A stretch of 64,000 bases of DNA from Eledone cirrhosa (lineage: Eukaryota): NCBI GenBank assembly GCA_964016885.1, contig OZ024743.1, positions 296,608,001 to 296,672,000 of the forward strand. The letters run 5' to 3'. A program made the translations under genes and the position numbers. The notes under the pieces were generated by a model. That model was not told where the DNA came from. It was given only the letters and a program-made list of their open reading frames with translations, and did not search any database. Shown here in pieces: positions 51,018-64,000 of this stretch (positions are counted from its first letter, which is position 1; each line of letters starts with the position of its first letter).

Positions 51018-52696
51018 AAATATGATAAAAGCACCTAATGCACACTATAAGGTAGTTGGTGTTGGGAGGGCATCCAACACTAGAAAGCATGCCAAACAAG
51101 GAATTGTGAGGACCCTTCAGTTTGTGTCAAAAGACAGAACTCGATAGAATGTGTGACCGTATGTAAGCGAGATGCAAACCCATCGGCCTGTCTCGGAGGT
51201 CAATAGCTCAGCTTCAGTACTGACTTGATCTATGTAGACCCATCCAACCTTTGCTAGTAGGGAAAGCAGATGTTAAATGATGATGACGATGTAACTCACT
51301 CTCTTTTAAGCTTGCAACTAATATGGCCTTATGTTAATGCATCCTTTTGTTTGTTCATTTCTTGTTTCCTATATATATATATATATATATATATACGAGA
51401 AAAAAAAACACACAGTCCACACTGTAATGTGGCCGTGTAGGTAACACGGTAAAAACCTCCCAGTCCACACTGTAAACATGGTTGGTGTTAGGAAGGGCAT
51501 CCAGCCGTAGAAAACCCGCCAGACAGTTCTATACGAGCAAGACAACCAATCTTGCCTCAAGTGGGAAAACTCCCGTCCAAACCCATGCAAGCGTGGAAGA
51601 TGGACGTTAAACGATGATGATGATGATATATATAACAACGATTAGACAGGCAGATCAAGATTGGCGAGCCAGACTAAGGCGTCATTTGTAGTATTATAGA
51701 TTGTCTCAATAAAACAGTTTTTCTACATTTACTATACCATCATAGTTTTATTTATGCATTGCTTTGAGAACACTCCCAACAAATTTTTCTTATTTGAACT
51801 TTTTAATACATAAATATTCCCTACACATATACGCACACATGTGCAGCGACTGTTTTTCTCTGTGATTTAATTATGCTTTTTCTTTCAATCTTCTTTTGTT
51901 TTATTTCGTTCGCTCTCCCCTTTCTACTCTGAATACATTGTTCTCTTAGTTGATCTCTTTCAACTTTTCCATATTCATTTAGGTGTTAGGAAGGGCATCC
52001 AGCTGTAGAATTCAAGCCAAAATCAGTTCCTGTATGAGCAAGGCATGGTCAGCCGACCAGACACTGCCCACAACAGGACAACCCGTCTAACCCATGCTAG
52101 CATGGAAGAACGGACGTAAAACGGTGATGATGATGATGATGATGATTTAGATCTAGTATTTTTAATGATCTCCATTATGGTTAAAGAAAATCGTTTTTAA
52201 ATAATACCTTAAACTATAAATATATATCCATTTCTTTATATTATATAAATTTATAATTTTCTCATGCTTTTTTTTATTTTCTAATTATAAAAAAATAAAA
52301 TTTTCTAAAAATGTTGGAAGGGGTTGTCTTATTTTCGTTTGGCGGTTTTGTCCCTACCTCACAGTAATTATCTTGCACGTGTAACAGGTTTCTATCTGAG
52401 TTCAAAAGCTGATACTATTTGTTTGTTTTCTCATTGCATCCTACCAAAAAGTTAAACATACACAGTGGATATACTGCTTCTTTTCAATTAAAAGTAATAG
52501 ATACTGTACCATAATGTGTTAGTTAATGGCCTCAGCTTATGAACGGGGGTTTGGTTTTTTTGCCCATTTTTCAGACATAAAATGAGGGGGAGGGGTCAGC
52601 TTATATTCGAGTATATACGATATATATTATGTGAGTACTCTCTCTAAAAACCATTTTTTGTTTCATGCAATGTGTGCTGGACCTCTGTCAGTTATA

Positions 52697-53988
52697 CAAG
52701 GGGGAGATCAAAAAGTTCGCGGAATTTTTCAAAAAAATGATTTACCTTCAATTTATTTTTCTACATAGTTGCTATCCAGGTCAATACACTTCACAAGGCG
52801 ATGCTTCCAGCTTCGTAAGCCATCTCTAAAGAAAGTTGAAGGCTTTGTTCGAAGCCATGTGTTGGCAGTGTTTTTAGCTTCTTCAACACCACTAAAACGG
52901 GTTCCTTTTAGCATTTCTTTGAGTTTTGGAAAGAGGAAAAAGTCTGATGGCGCTAAATCTGGACTATAAGGCGGGTGAGGAAGCACTTTCCATCGAAATT
53001 CTCGAAGAACTTCTTTTGCAACCCGCGCAGAATGCATTGGTGCATTGTCATGGTCAAACAAGATCCCACCATGAAGTTTCCCTTTTCGTTTCTTGACTAA
53101 TGCCACTTTCAGCTTCCTTAAAACATTTGCATAGTAAGCTCCTGTCACAGTTCTTTCACCTTCAAGATAATCTATTAGTATCACCCCATCTGAATCCCAG
53201 AAAATGGTGGCCATCACTTTTTGATCCGACTTTTGAGATTTGAACTTGATTGGCTCCGATGATCCACGTGGAAGCCACTGTTTTGACTGCTGTTTGGATT
53301 CAGGATCATACTGGTAGATCCAGGTTTCATCTCCAGTGATGATTCTGCTCAGGAAATGCTCTTCATCAACTTCAATTTTGTTTAATATCGCCAAAGACAG
53401 ATCACTTCGAAGAATCAGCTGATCAAGGTGCAACGCTTTTGGGACCCATCGAACTGAAAGCTTGCTTCGTCCCAAATTATCGTGCAGAATTGAATTTGCC
53501 GAACCATATGAAATGTCTAGGGACTTAGCTAACTGATTAACTGTTATTCTTCGATCTTCTTCAATTAAAGTCTGAGCAGCCTCAACGTTTTGGTCATTTT
53601 TTTATGTTCCTAGTCTTCCACTGTGATGGTTGTCTTCAAGGTCGTCTCTCCCTTGTTTGAATCGCTGAATCCACTTGTAGACAGCAGTTTTCTTTGCAGC
53701 AGTAGTACTGTAAACTTTAACTAAAGCCTCCATAATCTGTGTCCCTTTCCATTTATTTTCACCAGAAACTTGATATTCGATCTTATCTCAAAATAACTAT
53801 TTTCCATTGTTCCAAAAAGAGGTTTTTTAAAGAGTGTCAGTACTGTACAATAGTCCGCACATAACTGACTGCAAGTGACTAATAGCAAGGTAAACACCCA
53901 GTGACAATGTTCTGACATGTTTAATATTGTTTTAACCTATTTTTTTCTTACTACGATAAAATTCCGCGAACTTTTTGATCCCCCCTTG
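52697..53988 (-). mobile_element. mariner (DD34D) DNA transposon
   Basis: TIR CAAGGGGG(A)GATCAAAAAGTTCGCGGAATTT at both ends. TA TSD at 52695-52696 and 53989-53990. Confidence 0.95.
52753..53807 (-). pseudogene. mariner transposase, N-terminal part frameshifted
   Basis: Starts MENSYFEIRSNIKFLVK. WVPKAL, ITGDETW, HDNAPMH and HPPYSPDLAPSDFFLF occur in ORF 52753-53475. Confidence 0.9.
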
Positions 53989-54189
53989 TATGTGCTTCAG
54001 TTGTTTGATCTATGCCTACTCATGGAATTAACATACAAATGACAGTCCACAAACATGTGTATCCATAACATAATTCTCATGATGACTTTACATGATATAG
54101 TGTGTAACAAGGCTGGCCCTTTCAATTACAATCTTCTTCTTGCTCTTGCTCAATGAGACTGGGGTCATCCTAGGTCAGTGATCCTAGAG

Positions 54190-54605
54190 GCATCATCGTG
54201 CATAGAGCCATCCAAGTCCACCAGTGGTGGTCATGTGCCCCACTATATCCTCCACGGTGATGTTGAACCTCTGGATATCTTCCTTGATAACATCCATCCC
54301 CCTTCCGTGGGGCCTCTTCCAACCTGTAGCTGCTGCATCAAATAAAAGTATGGCCTTGGTAGGATGGTCTAGCGGAGGACATGTCAATGCTAGCGCATGC
54401 AGCAGATGGCTATGAGGTGTAGGCAGCGGGCTGATGCATGCGCACACACAGTGTTCTCAATGGTCCTCAGGTCTCTGCTATTGAAATTGTTGATCTTCTT
54501 TGCCAGCGTCTTTGTGAGGTGCCACGTTTCTGCTCCATAGAAGAGAACAGGGAGGACTGATACATTGCAGATACAGAGCTTCATCTTCTGGGAGATAGAA
54601 CAGTG
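54190..54605 (-). pseudogene. RTE-like LINE 3' fragment
   Basis: KLCICNVSVLPVLFYGAETWHLT and GWKRPHGR. Confidence 0.7.
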
Positions 54606-55408
54606 ACACCAAATGGTACAACTTATTTTCTCAGCTGAGTGAAATGGAGCAGAATTAAATAAAGTGTCTTGCTCAAGAACACAATTCACCACCTGGAATT
54701 GAACTCATGACCTTTCAATCATGAACCAAACACCCTTAGCCATTTACACATTTCATTTAATGTTTTATTAAAATTTCGGATGGTTGAGTTAGTCTGTAAA
54801 ATATTTGTTGGTATTCTATGGTGTTTAAAAACTTGTATAAGGGTTACATAACAAAATAAGTTTAGGAACTACAATTTGTCAGTCTGCATGTGAGGACAAG
54901 GCCCATACCTTTTCATGCCTTTCCTAGAGACTTTGACAAAGGATTTAGCGAGCTCATTGCTGTTAGACCCTTCAAAAGATAATCAATCACATTTTATAGG
55001 TCTGCTGGAAGGGGCAGTGCCCATACAGGCCTTCCAACAACATTGAGATTAATGCCATTGATATTCTGCTTAAATTGTTGTAGATTCACTCCTTCATGAA
55101 AAACATGAGCAGGGAAGGAGCTCCAGAAAACTGACTTTCTGGGTTTACTGATTAGTGCAGGATCTGGAAGATGAGTGGGTGATGAGAGGAGGAGAGATGG
55201 GTAGGTTAGCAGCACCTGAATGAAAGTGGCATGAGACTAGCAAGGTCTGAGGAGCAGAGACCATTTTAGGAACAATAGAAGAGACAAAAGAAGGAGGTAG
55301 CATCTTAATGTCAAAATTATGTTGTATCTTCATCTGTCAATATGAATATTTTACATAACCGATTTCTTTTTGTGTTTTTTCAATAGGTTTACATCATTGT
55401 TGGCTATC

Positions 55409-55603
55409 ATGTATTCAGAGTGGGCCCCGCTTCAACGGGAGATTCAATGTAACAAAGCCAACCAAAGTGTCCTACAGAAGTTCCCAGCAGCTGCTGGGAA
55501 GGAAATAGTTTGCTCTGTTGTAAAACATCTTGCAAAAAACTGCTCAACATCAACTGTTTGTGTTGATCTTGAGGAAGACAAGGACGTCAAATGGACAATA
55601 GAG
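55409..55603 (+). CDS. RALGAPB: Ral GTPase-activating protein subunit beta, first coding exon
   Basis: MYSEWAPLQ...SVLQKFP...GKEIVCSVVKHL...DKDVKWTIE resembles the RALGAPB N-terminus (MYSEW...SVL..YP...EVKWTME). Acceptor tag at 55386, donor GTAATA at 55604, phase 0. Confidence 0.9.
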
Positions 55604-55739
55604 GTAATATTCTTCTTTTCTCTCTTTCATATATTACTTTATTATCATATTTTTAAAAGCCATTTTTCCATATTAGCTTGGTTTAAAGGAAACATATTGA
55701 GGCATTATTCTGCATCCAGATGACCTTCCTGATGCTACT

Positions 55740-55900
55740 TCTTACTCCTCCTTGTAGGAGATGTAGGCATCTTACAGCGTACATCTACTTCTCTTCTCTC
55801 CAACAGTTCCATAATTTCACTTGATTTACCTTTCAGGGTGCCAACATTGAGGGTAACAGTTCTAAAATGTGTACCTTGACAGTTGCTGTTATTTCCTTGG
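55740..55900 (-). pseudogene. RTE endonuclease N-terminal fragment (intronic)
   Basis: FRTVTLNVGTLKGKSSEIMELLERREVDVRC. Confidence 0.65.
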
Positions 55901-56814
55901 GTAGAGGTTCTAAGTTCCTGAAAGAGAAAAAGGCTGTGCGATTGCTTGATAACAGTTGAGGGTTTCTCGCACATGGCTACTCTAGCCACCCCACATACAT
56001 ACAACAGGCTTCCATACTGCTTCTGTCTACTAATTTCACTCACACGGTATTGGTTGACCCTAAGGCAACCATGGAGTGAGATCAAACACATACATAGTTA
56101 TAAGGCAAACTTCTTAACCAAATAGCCAATGTCTGTGCCACTTTGCCATCATCATCCTCGTTTAACGTCCACTTTCCACACTGCCATGTCATATACATTC
56201 AGCTGGCATATGAAGAATGTGTTTTCAACTGAATTTTACCATCTACCTGGTCTACCACTTACCAGATACAGCAACTACACTTTCATGGATTTCTTTTGAG
56301 TGAAAATATTGAGTTGGTAAAATTATTAGCATCATCATCATCATCATTGTTTAACATTCATTTTTTTTACACTAGCATGGGTTAGACAATTTGTCCCATT
56401 GTGGGACAAGCCAGATCAGATGACTGTGTCTTGCTTATACAGAACTGATTCTGGGTTGGTTTCTATGGCTGGATGCCCTTCCTAATGCTAACCACATTTT
56501 CAGGATAAGACAAAATACTTTGCAATATTTATTCTGGCCCTTTGCTGAGCTGAAATCCCATCAGGATCAACTTTGCTTTTCATCTGTTTGAAGTCGATAA
56601 AATAACTGGGCCAGGATGGTAGATTGGTGGAATTTTTAGAGCTTTGAACAGAATAACTTGTATTTGTTCTGGTTCCCTGACCTCTGGGTTTAAATATGGT
56701 TGTAGCCTATTGGTGGGTAGGTTTATTTATTATTACCTGTTTATTAATGTTTTTATTGATTATGCTGAACCCACCCTCTTACTTAATGTAATTCCCCCAT
56801 AGTTATTATAGCTC

Positions 56815-56903
56815 TCCAATGTATTTTGTTCTTGTACTGTCCCCAATGTATTTTGTTCTTGTACTGTCCCCAATGTATTTTGTTCTTGTACTGTCCCCAA
56901 TGT
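56815..56903. repeat. 27-bp tandem repeat, about 3 copies
   Basis: CCCCAATGTATTTTGTTCTTGTACTGT. Confidence 0.85.
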
Positions 56904-56983
56904 TTTGGCTCCATATGTCTTATAAAAGAAATGTTTATCATTATTGGTATTATTATTATTATTATTATTATTCTCTTACTTAG

Positions 56984-57182
56984 GTACTTTGCTTTGGTCT
57001 CAGCCTACCATTGACTGAGCATGAAGCCATCCGTGACTGTGTGAATATTTATTGTGATTGGTTGACGTCTTTGACCTCACCCTTGGAAACTGTACCTAAA
57101 CCTGTTATTGAGAACCCTAACCTCTATGCACGAGAGATTATCCATCATCTGCTGAACTTGTTTGTACCAAGAATTGGATCAA
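56984..57182 (+). CDS. RALGAPB: RALGAPB second coding exon
   Basis: VLCFGLSLPLTEHEAIRDCVNIYCDWL...PKPVIENPNLYAREIIHHLLNLFVPR. Acceptor cttag at 56983, donor GTATGT at 57183. The gene continues beyond what can be identified here. Confidence 0.9.
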
Positions 57183-57330
57183 GTATGTGCTTTCTATTCA
57201 ATCTCATTTATTACTAAGTTATATGAGTTTCTGTAATTAATGAATATACTTGTCTATAATTCACACCTTTATCCACCAAATAAAGTGCTGAACCAAAAAC
57301 GTATGTAATAGAGTTATGACTTATATAAGA

Positions 57331-57366
<36 letters not shown>

Positions 57367-57368
57367 GT

Positions 57369-57399
<31 letters not shown>

Positions 57400-59800
57400 C
57401 CGTTTTACGTCCGTTCTTCCACGCTAGCATGGGTTAGACGGGTTGTCCTGTTGTGGGCAGTGTCTGGTCGGCTGACCATGCCTTGCTCATACAGGAACTG
57501 ATCTGGCTTGATTTCTACAGCTGGATGCCCTTCCTAACACCAACCTCATTTACAGTGAGTGCTGGGTGCTTTGTCGTGGCGCCTACACGTCCACCTTGCA
57601 GTGAGGGGTGTGGGGGCATATTGTCTATATGCTTCAGCTTGTACCCATGGGAGGTCGGGTACTCTGTATTACTGTGTGACGCCAGAAGTCACGGTTGTGT
57701 GTCATTGCCTTTGAGAGGTGTAATTGGGTATGGTCGGCTTTTATCACCTCATCCCAGGTCATCTTGGGTCTCCCCACTCCGCGGTTTCCATTAACTTCTA
57801 GTGCTCTGCACCTTTTTATGCAGCTGTCATCCTTCATACGCATCACATGTCCATACCAGCGCAACCGCCTCTCCTGCACACAGTATTTGATTCCTCTTAT
57901 GCTCAGTCTCTCTCTCAATTCATTTATGCTTTGTCGTTCACGTATATTACTGTTACACATCCATCGGAGCATGCAGGCTTCGTTTCTCTCTAATCTACGT
58001 AAGTCTTCCACCTTCAGCGCCCAGGTCTCACTACCATGCAACATTGCTGTTCGGATACACGCATCATACAGTCTGCCTTTCATTCTAAGGGAGAAGCCTT
58101 TTGCAGCTAGCAGTGGTAGTAATTCCCTAAACTTCTTCCATCCCGTTCTTACCCTAGTTATTGTACTTTCTGAACACCCACCTCCGCTGCTAATTCGGTC
58201 ACCTAGGTAGCAGAAGCTGTCTACTGTTTCTACAGAGCCCTCCCAGAGATTGGTGGTACTTGTTTCCTGTGGCTGTTTGCTGCTTGCTGTCTCAGCACAG
58301 CTGCTGCATGTGAAACCTACATTCTTAATTAAGCTTCCTGAGATCCCGCTACATCTCTTGTGTACCCATTGTTTGCATTTGGGGCAGAGAATGGAGTTCC
58401 TACCTACACCTTTCCTACATACTGAGCAAGGCCATTTCCCTGAGGGGATCTGGGTTCTGTTTTCTCGTCTACTTACAAGGACCTTAGTCTTTGTCATGTT
58501 GACTTTGACACACTGCCTCGCAATCTTGAATACCTCCTGTTTCTGGTCCTCACGTTGCAAAACATGCTTGAATTTTCTATCCTCTGCTTCCCTCCTAGCT
58601 AAGTATACTTGTCGCCTAGCTTCCCTCTTGGTCTCTATGTAATGTACCCTGCTCCCCCCGTTCTTCCATTCTTTCCATGCCTGTCTCTTGGCCTTAACTG
58701 CTTCATCTACTTTATTGTTCCACCACCAAGTCACTCTCCTCCTGCTTGAGGTCTTACTCCAGCCACAGACCTCATCCGTTGCCTCTAGTAAATTATTTTT
58801 TAGGAACTCCCAGTGCTCGTCTACATTGAATGTCTCTATCTGTTCTTCTCTACTGTCGTAGGCGTTGAGTAAAATATCTTTAAATCTGTTACTGGTTGAG
58901 GGGACTTTCAGCTTCCAGATCTTTCTTCTCCAGGTTGGCCTCTGTTTCCAGGTTCGTCTAGTTCTGACCATGAGGTCGCTGACAACTAAGCTATGTTGGG
59001 ATGTACATTCCTCACTAGGGAAGGCTTTTGTGTTTACGACCATCCATCTGTCATGTCCTCTGATGAGGATAAAATCTATCTGACTAGAGTGCTCCCCTGA
59101 TCTATAGGTGATCAGGTGGTTGTCGGGTTTTTTAAAGTTTGTGTTACATATCGACATGTCATTGGCGTCGCAGAATTCTAGAAGTCTGAATCCTTCCTCA
59201 TTCCTTGTGCCAACCCCATGGCCTCCATGTACTCTATTGAAGCCGTCGCAGTGTTTACCTACGTGTCCGTTAAAATCTCCTGCGATGATTAGGAAGTCAT
59301 TGTCGTCTGTTAGAGCAGTAGTGTGCATTAGGGACTCGTAAAACCTATCCTTAAGTTCGTCTAGCAGCCCCGATTGGGGTGCGTAAGCTGATATTATTGT
59401 GGTAATTGTTTTATTCAGGACTAGTCTGAGTTTAATGATTCTTGCATTTACCCTGTACACTGAGATTACTTTATCTACCCACTTGTCAGCTAGTAGTATA
59501 CCTACACCACCCATCCCATCGTCATTTCCCACCCAGAAAAATTTGTAGCACCGACTTTTTCCTACCAGGATCTGGCAGACTCTCCTCTCCATCTAGTCTC
59601 TTGCACACAGCATACATCAATTTCCTTTCGCTCTAGCATTTCTACGATTTCTCCTGCTCTTCCTTTCATTGAGCCTACATTGATGGTACCAACTCGGAGT
59701 TTTGGGCATTTGTCGACACTCGTAGGGAAGGGTCTCTGAAATTGTGAGGTAGGCACTGAGGGTCGCCGTCAAGGCTAACAAACTTAAATAACCGATAGAT
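57369..59800 (-). mobile_element. RTE-clade LINE with APE domain and in-frame loss of the RT domain (intronic, antisense to RALGAPB)
   Basis: VGTINVG/CVQETRW (59562-59756, frameshifted), SAYAPQ, GDFNGHVG, QIDFIL, SQHSLV. Junction ..RQCVK|VNMTKTK. (GAT)n tail at 57369-57398. Confidence 0.9.
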
Positions 59801-60457
59801 TAGAATACCGCGTGGTAAATATCCGAAATAATACAGCAATAATATTAATAATAATAGCGTCATAAGAGCTAAGATACCTTCGAAAATTTGTATGGATGGG
59901 TGGCTGGAACAAATTCAAATCAACTCTAGTGATTCATTTTAGCAGATAAGGATAAAGCGTCTTATCTCTTCAATAGCTTCATGATGAGTGAGGAGGAATG
60001 GGCGAAAGGGAGGTAATGGCTTAGAGATAGAGATAGGGTAGCCATCATAGAGAGAGATATAGAGAGGTAGGCACTGAGGGTCGCCGTCAAGGCTAACAAA
60101 CTTAAATAACCGATAGATGAATATATATATATAGCAAGGAAAGTAGATGTTCAATGATGATGATGTATATGTGAGTGTATGTATACACATTCATACACAC
60201 TTATGTAACACGTATATGCACACACACACACACATATATATACCACTGTGGAAATCAGAGGTAAAATGATGGTGATATATATATATATACTCACACATAT
60301 TTATATTCATGTAAACGTCGTGCCTGTACCACAAACATATAACAAGAAAAATGCCATGCAATTTATCTATTGCACCTACAAAATTAATTGAAAATATATG
60401 GTACATTGTTCTATGTAAAATTGAGGTGTGGCTTATGCATAAGTATATATGGTAAGT

Positions 60458-62540
60458 ATCATCATCATCATCATCATCAACGTTTAACGTCCGTGTTCCA
60501 CGCTTGCATGGGTTTGGACGGGGGTAGTCCCACTTGAGGCAAGAGTGATTGTCTTGCTCGCATAGGACTGTCTGGCAGGTTTTCTACAGTTGGATGCCCT
60601 TCCTAACACCAACCACATTTACAGTGTGGGTCTGGGAGGTTTTTACCGTGTTGCCTACACGGCCACATTACAGCGTGGACTGTGTGTTTTTTTGTCGTGA
60701 CACCTACACGATCTCATTTGTTTCGGCCTCGATGGCGCGGCACCAACATAACTTTACATAGAACGGGGTGGTGTGGATCGGGTGGGGGTGGGGGTGGTGG
60801 GACGGGGTGTATTTTGTTAGAGATGCCTACTGGCTGGAGTAGGTTTTACTATATATTTAGGTAAGGCGGGTCTTCTCTGTTACTGAGTACCGCCAAAGGT
60901 CTCGGTCCAGTGACATTGTCTTGGAGAGGTGTAAGTGTGTGATGTCGGAGTTTATCAGCTCGTCCCAGGTTTTTCTAGGTCTGCCTATTCCGTGACTACC
61001 GTCTATCTTTATTGCCCTGCACTTTGTTATACAGCTATCGACTTTCATGCGCATCACGTGTCCATACCAACGTAGCCTTCTCTCGAGTAAACAACATCTG
61101 ATCCCTCTTATCTCTAATTTATTCCTTAGTTCGTTTATGCTTTGCCGTTCACGTATATTACTGTTACACATCCAGCGGAGCATGCAAGCTTCGTTCCTCT
61201 CTAGTCTGCGTATATCCTCTGCACACAATGCCCAGGTCTCACTGCCATGCAGCATTGCTGTTCGTATGCAGGCATCGTACAACCTGCCTTTCATTTTTAG
61301 TGAGAACCCTTTAGCAGCTAATAGTGGTATAAGCTCTCTGAACTTTTTCCAACCAGTTCTGACTCTAGCTACAGTACTTTCAGAGCACCCTCCCCCACTG
61401 CTGATTTTATCGCCCAGGTAACGGAAGCTGTCCACTATTTCTATAGAACCCTCTGCGCAATTGAAAGAGCTAGTAGTTTGTGGGCACTTGCTGCTACTTA
61501 TTGCACCAGAGCACCGGCCACATGTAAAATCTATGTTCTTAGTTAGCTTACCTGTGATCCCACTACATCTTTTATGCACCCATACTTTGCATTTAGGACA
61601 TAAAATGGAGTTTCTACCTACGCCTTTCCTACACACCGAGCACGACCATTTCCCCGAAGGGACCGCCGCCTTGTTTTCTTTCCTACAAACTAGTACTTTG
61701 GTCTTAGCCAGGTTAATTTTAAGTCCTTTTGACTCTAGGCCGTGCTTCCATGTTTGGAATTTCTTCTCTAGCTCGGCCATTGATTCCGCTATGAGTGTCA
61801 GGTCGTCTGCGTATAGGAGTTCCCATGGGCAGCCTGTCTTGAACTCCTCTGTTATAGCCTGAAGGGCAATAATAAATAGTAGTGGACTGAGAACAGAGCC
61901 CTGATGGACGCCGACTTTTACGCTAAACTCTTCACTATATTCGTTGTTAATTCTAACCTTGCTGACTGTTTCTTTATACATGGCTTGTATAGCCCTCACA
62001 AGCCATTCGTCAACGCCTAGTTTTCTAAGAGCCCACCAGATAATGGAGCGGGGGACTCTGTCGAAGGCTTTCTCCAAGTCGACAAAAGCTAAGTAGAGGG
62101 GTTTACCTTTAGCTAGGTACTTCTCCTGTAGTTGTCGTACTATGAAAAGAGCGTCTGTGGTACTTTTGCCTGACACAAACCCGAACTGCATTTCATCTAG
62201 GTCAATTCTCTCTCTGATTAGTTGCGCTATTACTCTTTCCGTGACCTTCATGACCTGGTCGATTAATTTAATGCCTCTATAGTTACTCCTATCTAGGGCG
62301 TCTCCTTTACCCTTATAACAGTTAACGATGATGCTGCTATGCCAGTCCTTCGGAACAACCCCGTTCTGTACGACTTGGTTAACTATGCGGGTGACCATGG
62401 TGTGTCCCACCGTGCCAGATGCCTTCAGCATCTCAGCAACTATTTCCGAAGGCCCAGCCGCCTTACCAGTCTTCATATCCTTGATTGCCTTACTTATTAT
62501 ACTCCCCTCGACTAACACTGCTGGTCCCTCTATTGGGGAG
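60458..62540 (-). mobile_element. 5'-truncated RTE LINE with intact RT ORF (60857-62518)
   Basis: NYRGIKL, QFGF, FVDLEKAFDRVP, GVHQGSVLSPLLF, LLYADD, RRLRWYGHV. (GAT)n tail at 60458-60479. Confidence 0.93.
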
Positions 62541-63729
62541 TATGTGGTAATAATTCAATAAAAACAAATGTTCTGCTCTGTTGAATTTAATCATTCCTCT
62601 GCACTCTTTTTATATTCTTGATGATGATAATCATCATCATCATTATCACTTTGCACATCCACGTTTCCAAGCTGGCATGGGTTGGATGAGACATTTTGAG
62701 GTAAGGGTGTTGGACTTATGACCATAACGTTGTGGGTTCAATTCCTAGACTGGGTTTGTGTTGTGTTCTTGAACAAAACACTTCATTTCATGTTGCTTCA
62801 GTATACTCAACTGAAAATGAGTACCAGCAATAGCTGGGAGTTTAACCCTGTGATGGACTGGGGGATGTATTGTACTCTCAGTCACTTAACGCCATAAAAA
62901 CCCGAATAAGCACCGGCCTGATGAGCCTCCAGGCTTGAGACAGACTATAGACTTAGACTTTCTTCTCTCAAATGCTTTTTCTGATACCAATCCATACTTT
63001 ATTCAAATATGGTATATATTGTTGATGTTTGTCAAACTGCTACACTGCATGACTTATTTTTTTTTTTTTTATGTGAGATAAACATCAGTTGACACACATA
63101 ACACACATATACACACATATATATACCTTATGTACTCAAATATAAGTTGATTTCCCCCACCCACCCCTATTTTATGTTTGAGAAATGGGCATATATCCAA
63201 ACCCCATTTATAAGCTGAAGCAGCTAATCAACACGTTTATATGCCATATATAAGGCCCCCCCCCCCTTCCCCCATCTCATTTTACCATCAATTTTTCGGT
63301 CACCTATTCCTCGCCTTATATTCGAGTATATGGTAAGTGGTGAATTGGTAAAGTTATTAGAGCGTTCGATAGACTGTTTGGCAGTATTTGTTCTGACTCT
63401 CTTAAATCCCACTACGGTCAGCTTTTATCCTTTTGGGTCTGATAAAGTACCAGTCCAGAACTTAGATCAATTCTCTCCCTTGCATGTTTTCTATCTCTCT
63501 ATCACTGTTTCTCTGTGTATCTCTCTGGAAGAAATCGTCTGTAATCAGCTTACAGATGCAAAGGTTTCACCAGGTTGAAAAATGCCTAAGAATTGCTCCA
63601 TGTTATGATACCCCACCACCATTTCATCATGTTTTGGGTTCAATGAATTTAAAGTGTGTTTATATATAAAAATATTCCTTGATGATTTTGTGTAAAAACC
63701 TTTAAGTTATGCGCCAAACACCATCTTAA

Positions 63730-63950
63730 TAATGGTTCCTGATTTAGGCACAAGGCCAACAATTTTGGGGTAAGGGGAAAATTGATTAAATCAACCCCTG
63801 TGCATTACTGGTGCTTTATTTTATCAACCCTGTAAGGATGAAAATCAAAGCTAACCATGGCTTGATTTGAACTCAGAACATCAAAGAACGTAACTCTGTG
63901 TTACAAAGCATGGTGTCTGATATTCTATCGATACTGCCAATCCACCATCA
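63730..63950 (-). mobile_element. SINE family A
   Basis: Reverse-complement consensus. Confidence 0.8.
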
Positions 63951-64000
63951 CACCAGCTTAATAAGGAAAACATTTACTGTATTAGTATATCTCTCAAAAT

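Noticed and set aside
62895-62945. CTGATGAG followed by a hairpin in the SINE B tail
   Set aside because: No properly placed GAAA, stem III or stem I, so it is not counted as a hammerhead.

Overview
AT-rich, microsatellite- and transposon-dense metazoan DNA. An octopus/cephalopod origin is inferred from the repeat landscape and not proven. Two host genes are recognisable: an intronless syntaxin-5 CDS (minus strand, 34011-34931) and the first two coding exons of RALGAPB (plus strand, 55409-57182), probably arranged head-to-head around a 35.4-36.8 kb promoter region. Mobile DNA includes a full-length but frameshifted Ty3/Gypsy element with LTRs and a 5-bp TSD (617-5316), a mariner element with TIRs (52697-53988), RTE-clade LINEs (one with its RT deleted in frame, one 5'-truncated), hAT, CRE-like and GIY-YIG remnants, MITEs and many tRNA-derived SINEs. 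The most interesting signal is about 15-18 type I hammerhead-ribozyme motifs from at least 6 unrelated sequence families. They sit in ORF-less fold-back (inverted) and circularly permuted units that mostly abut (TA)n microsatellites, resembling non-autonomous Penelope-like/retrozyme elements. All structures were read by eye; none was computed or database-checked.
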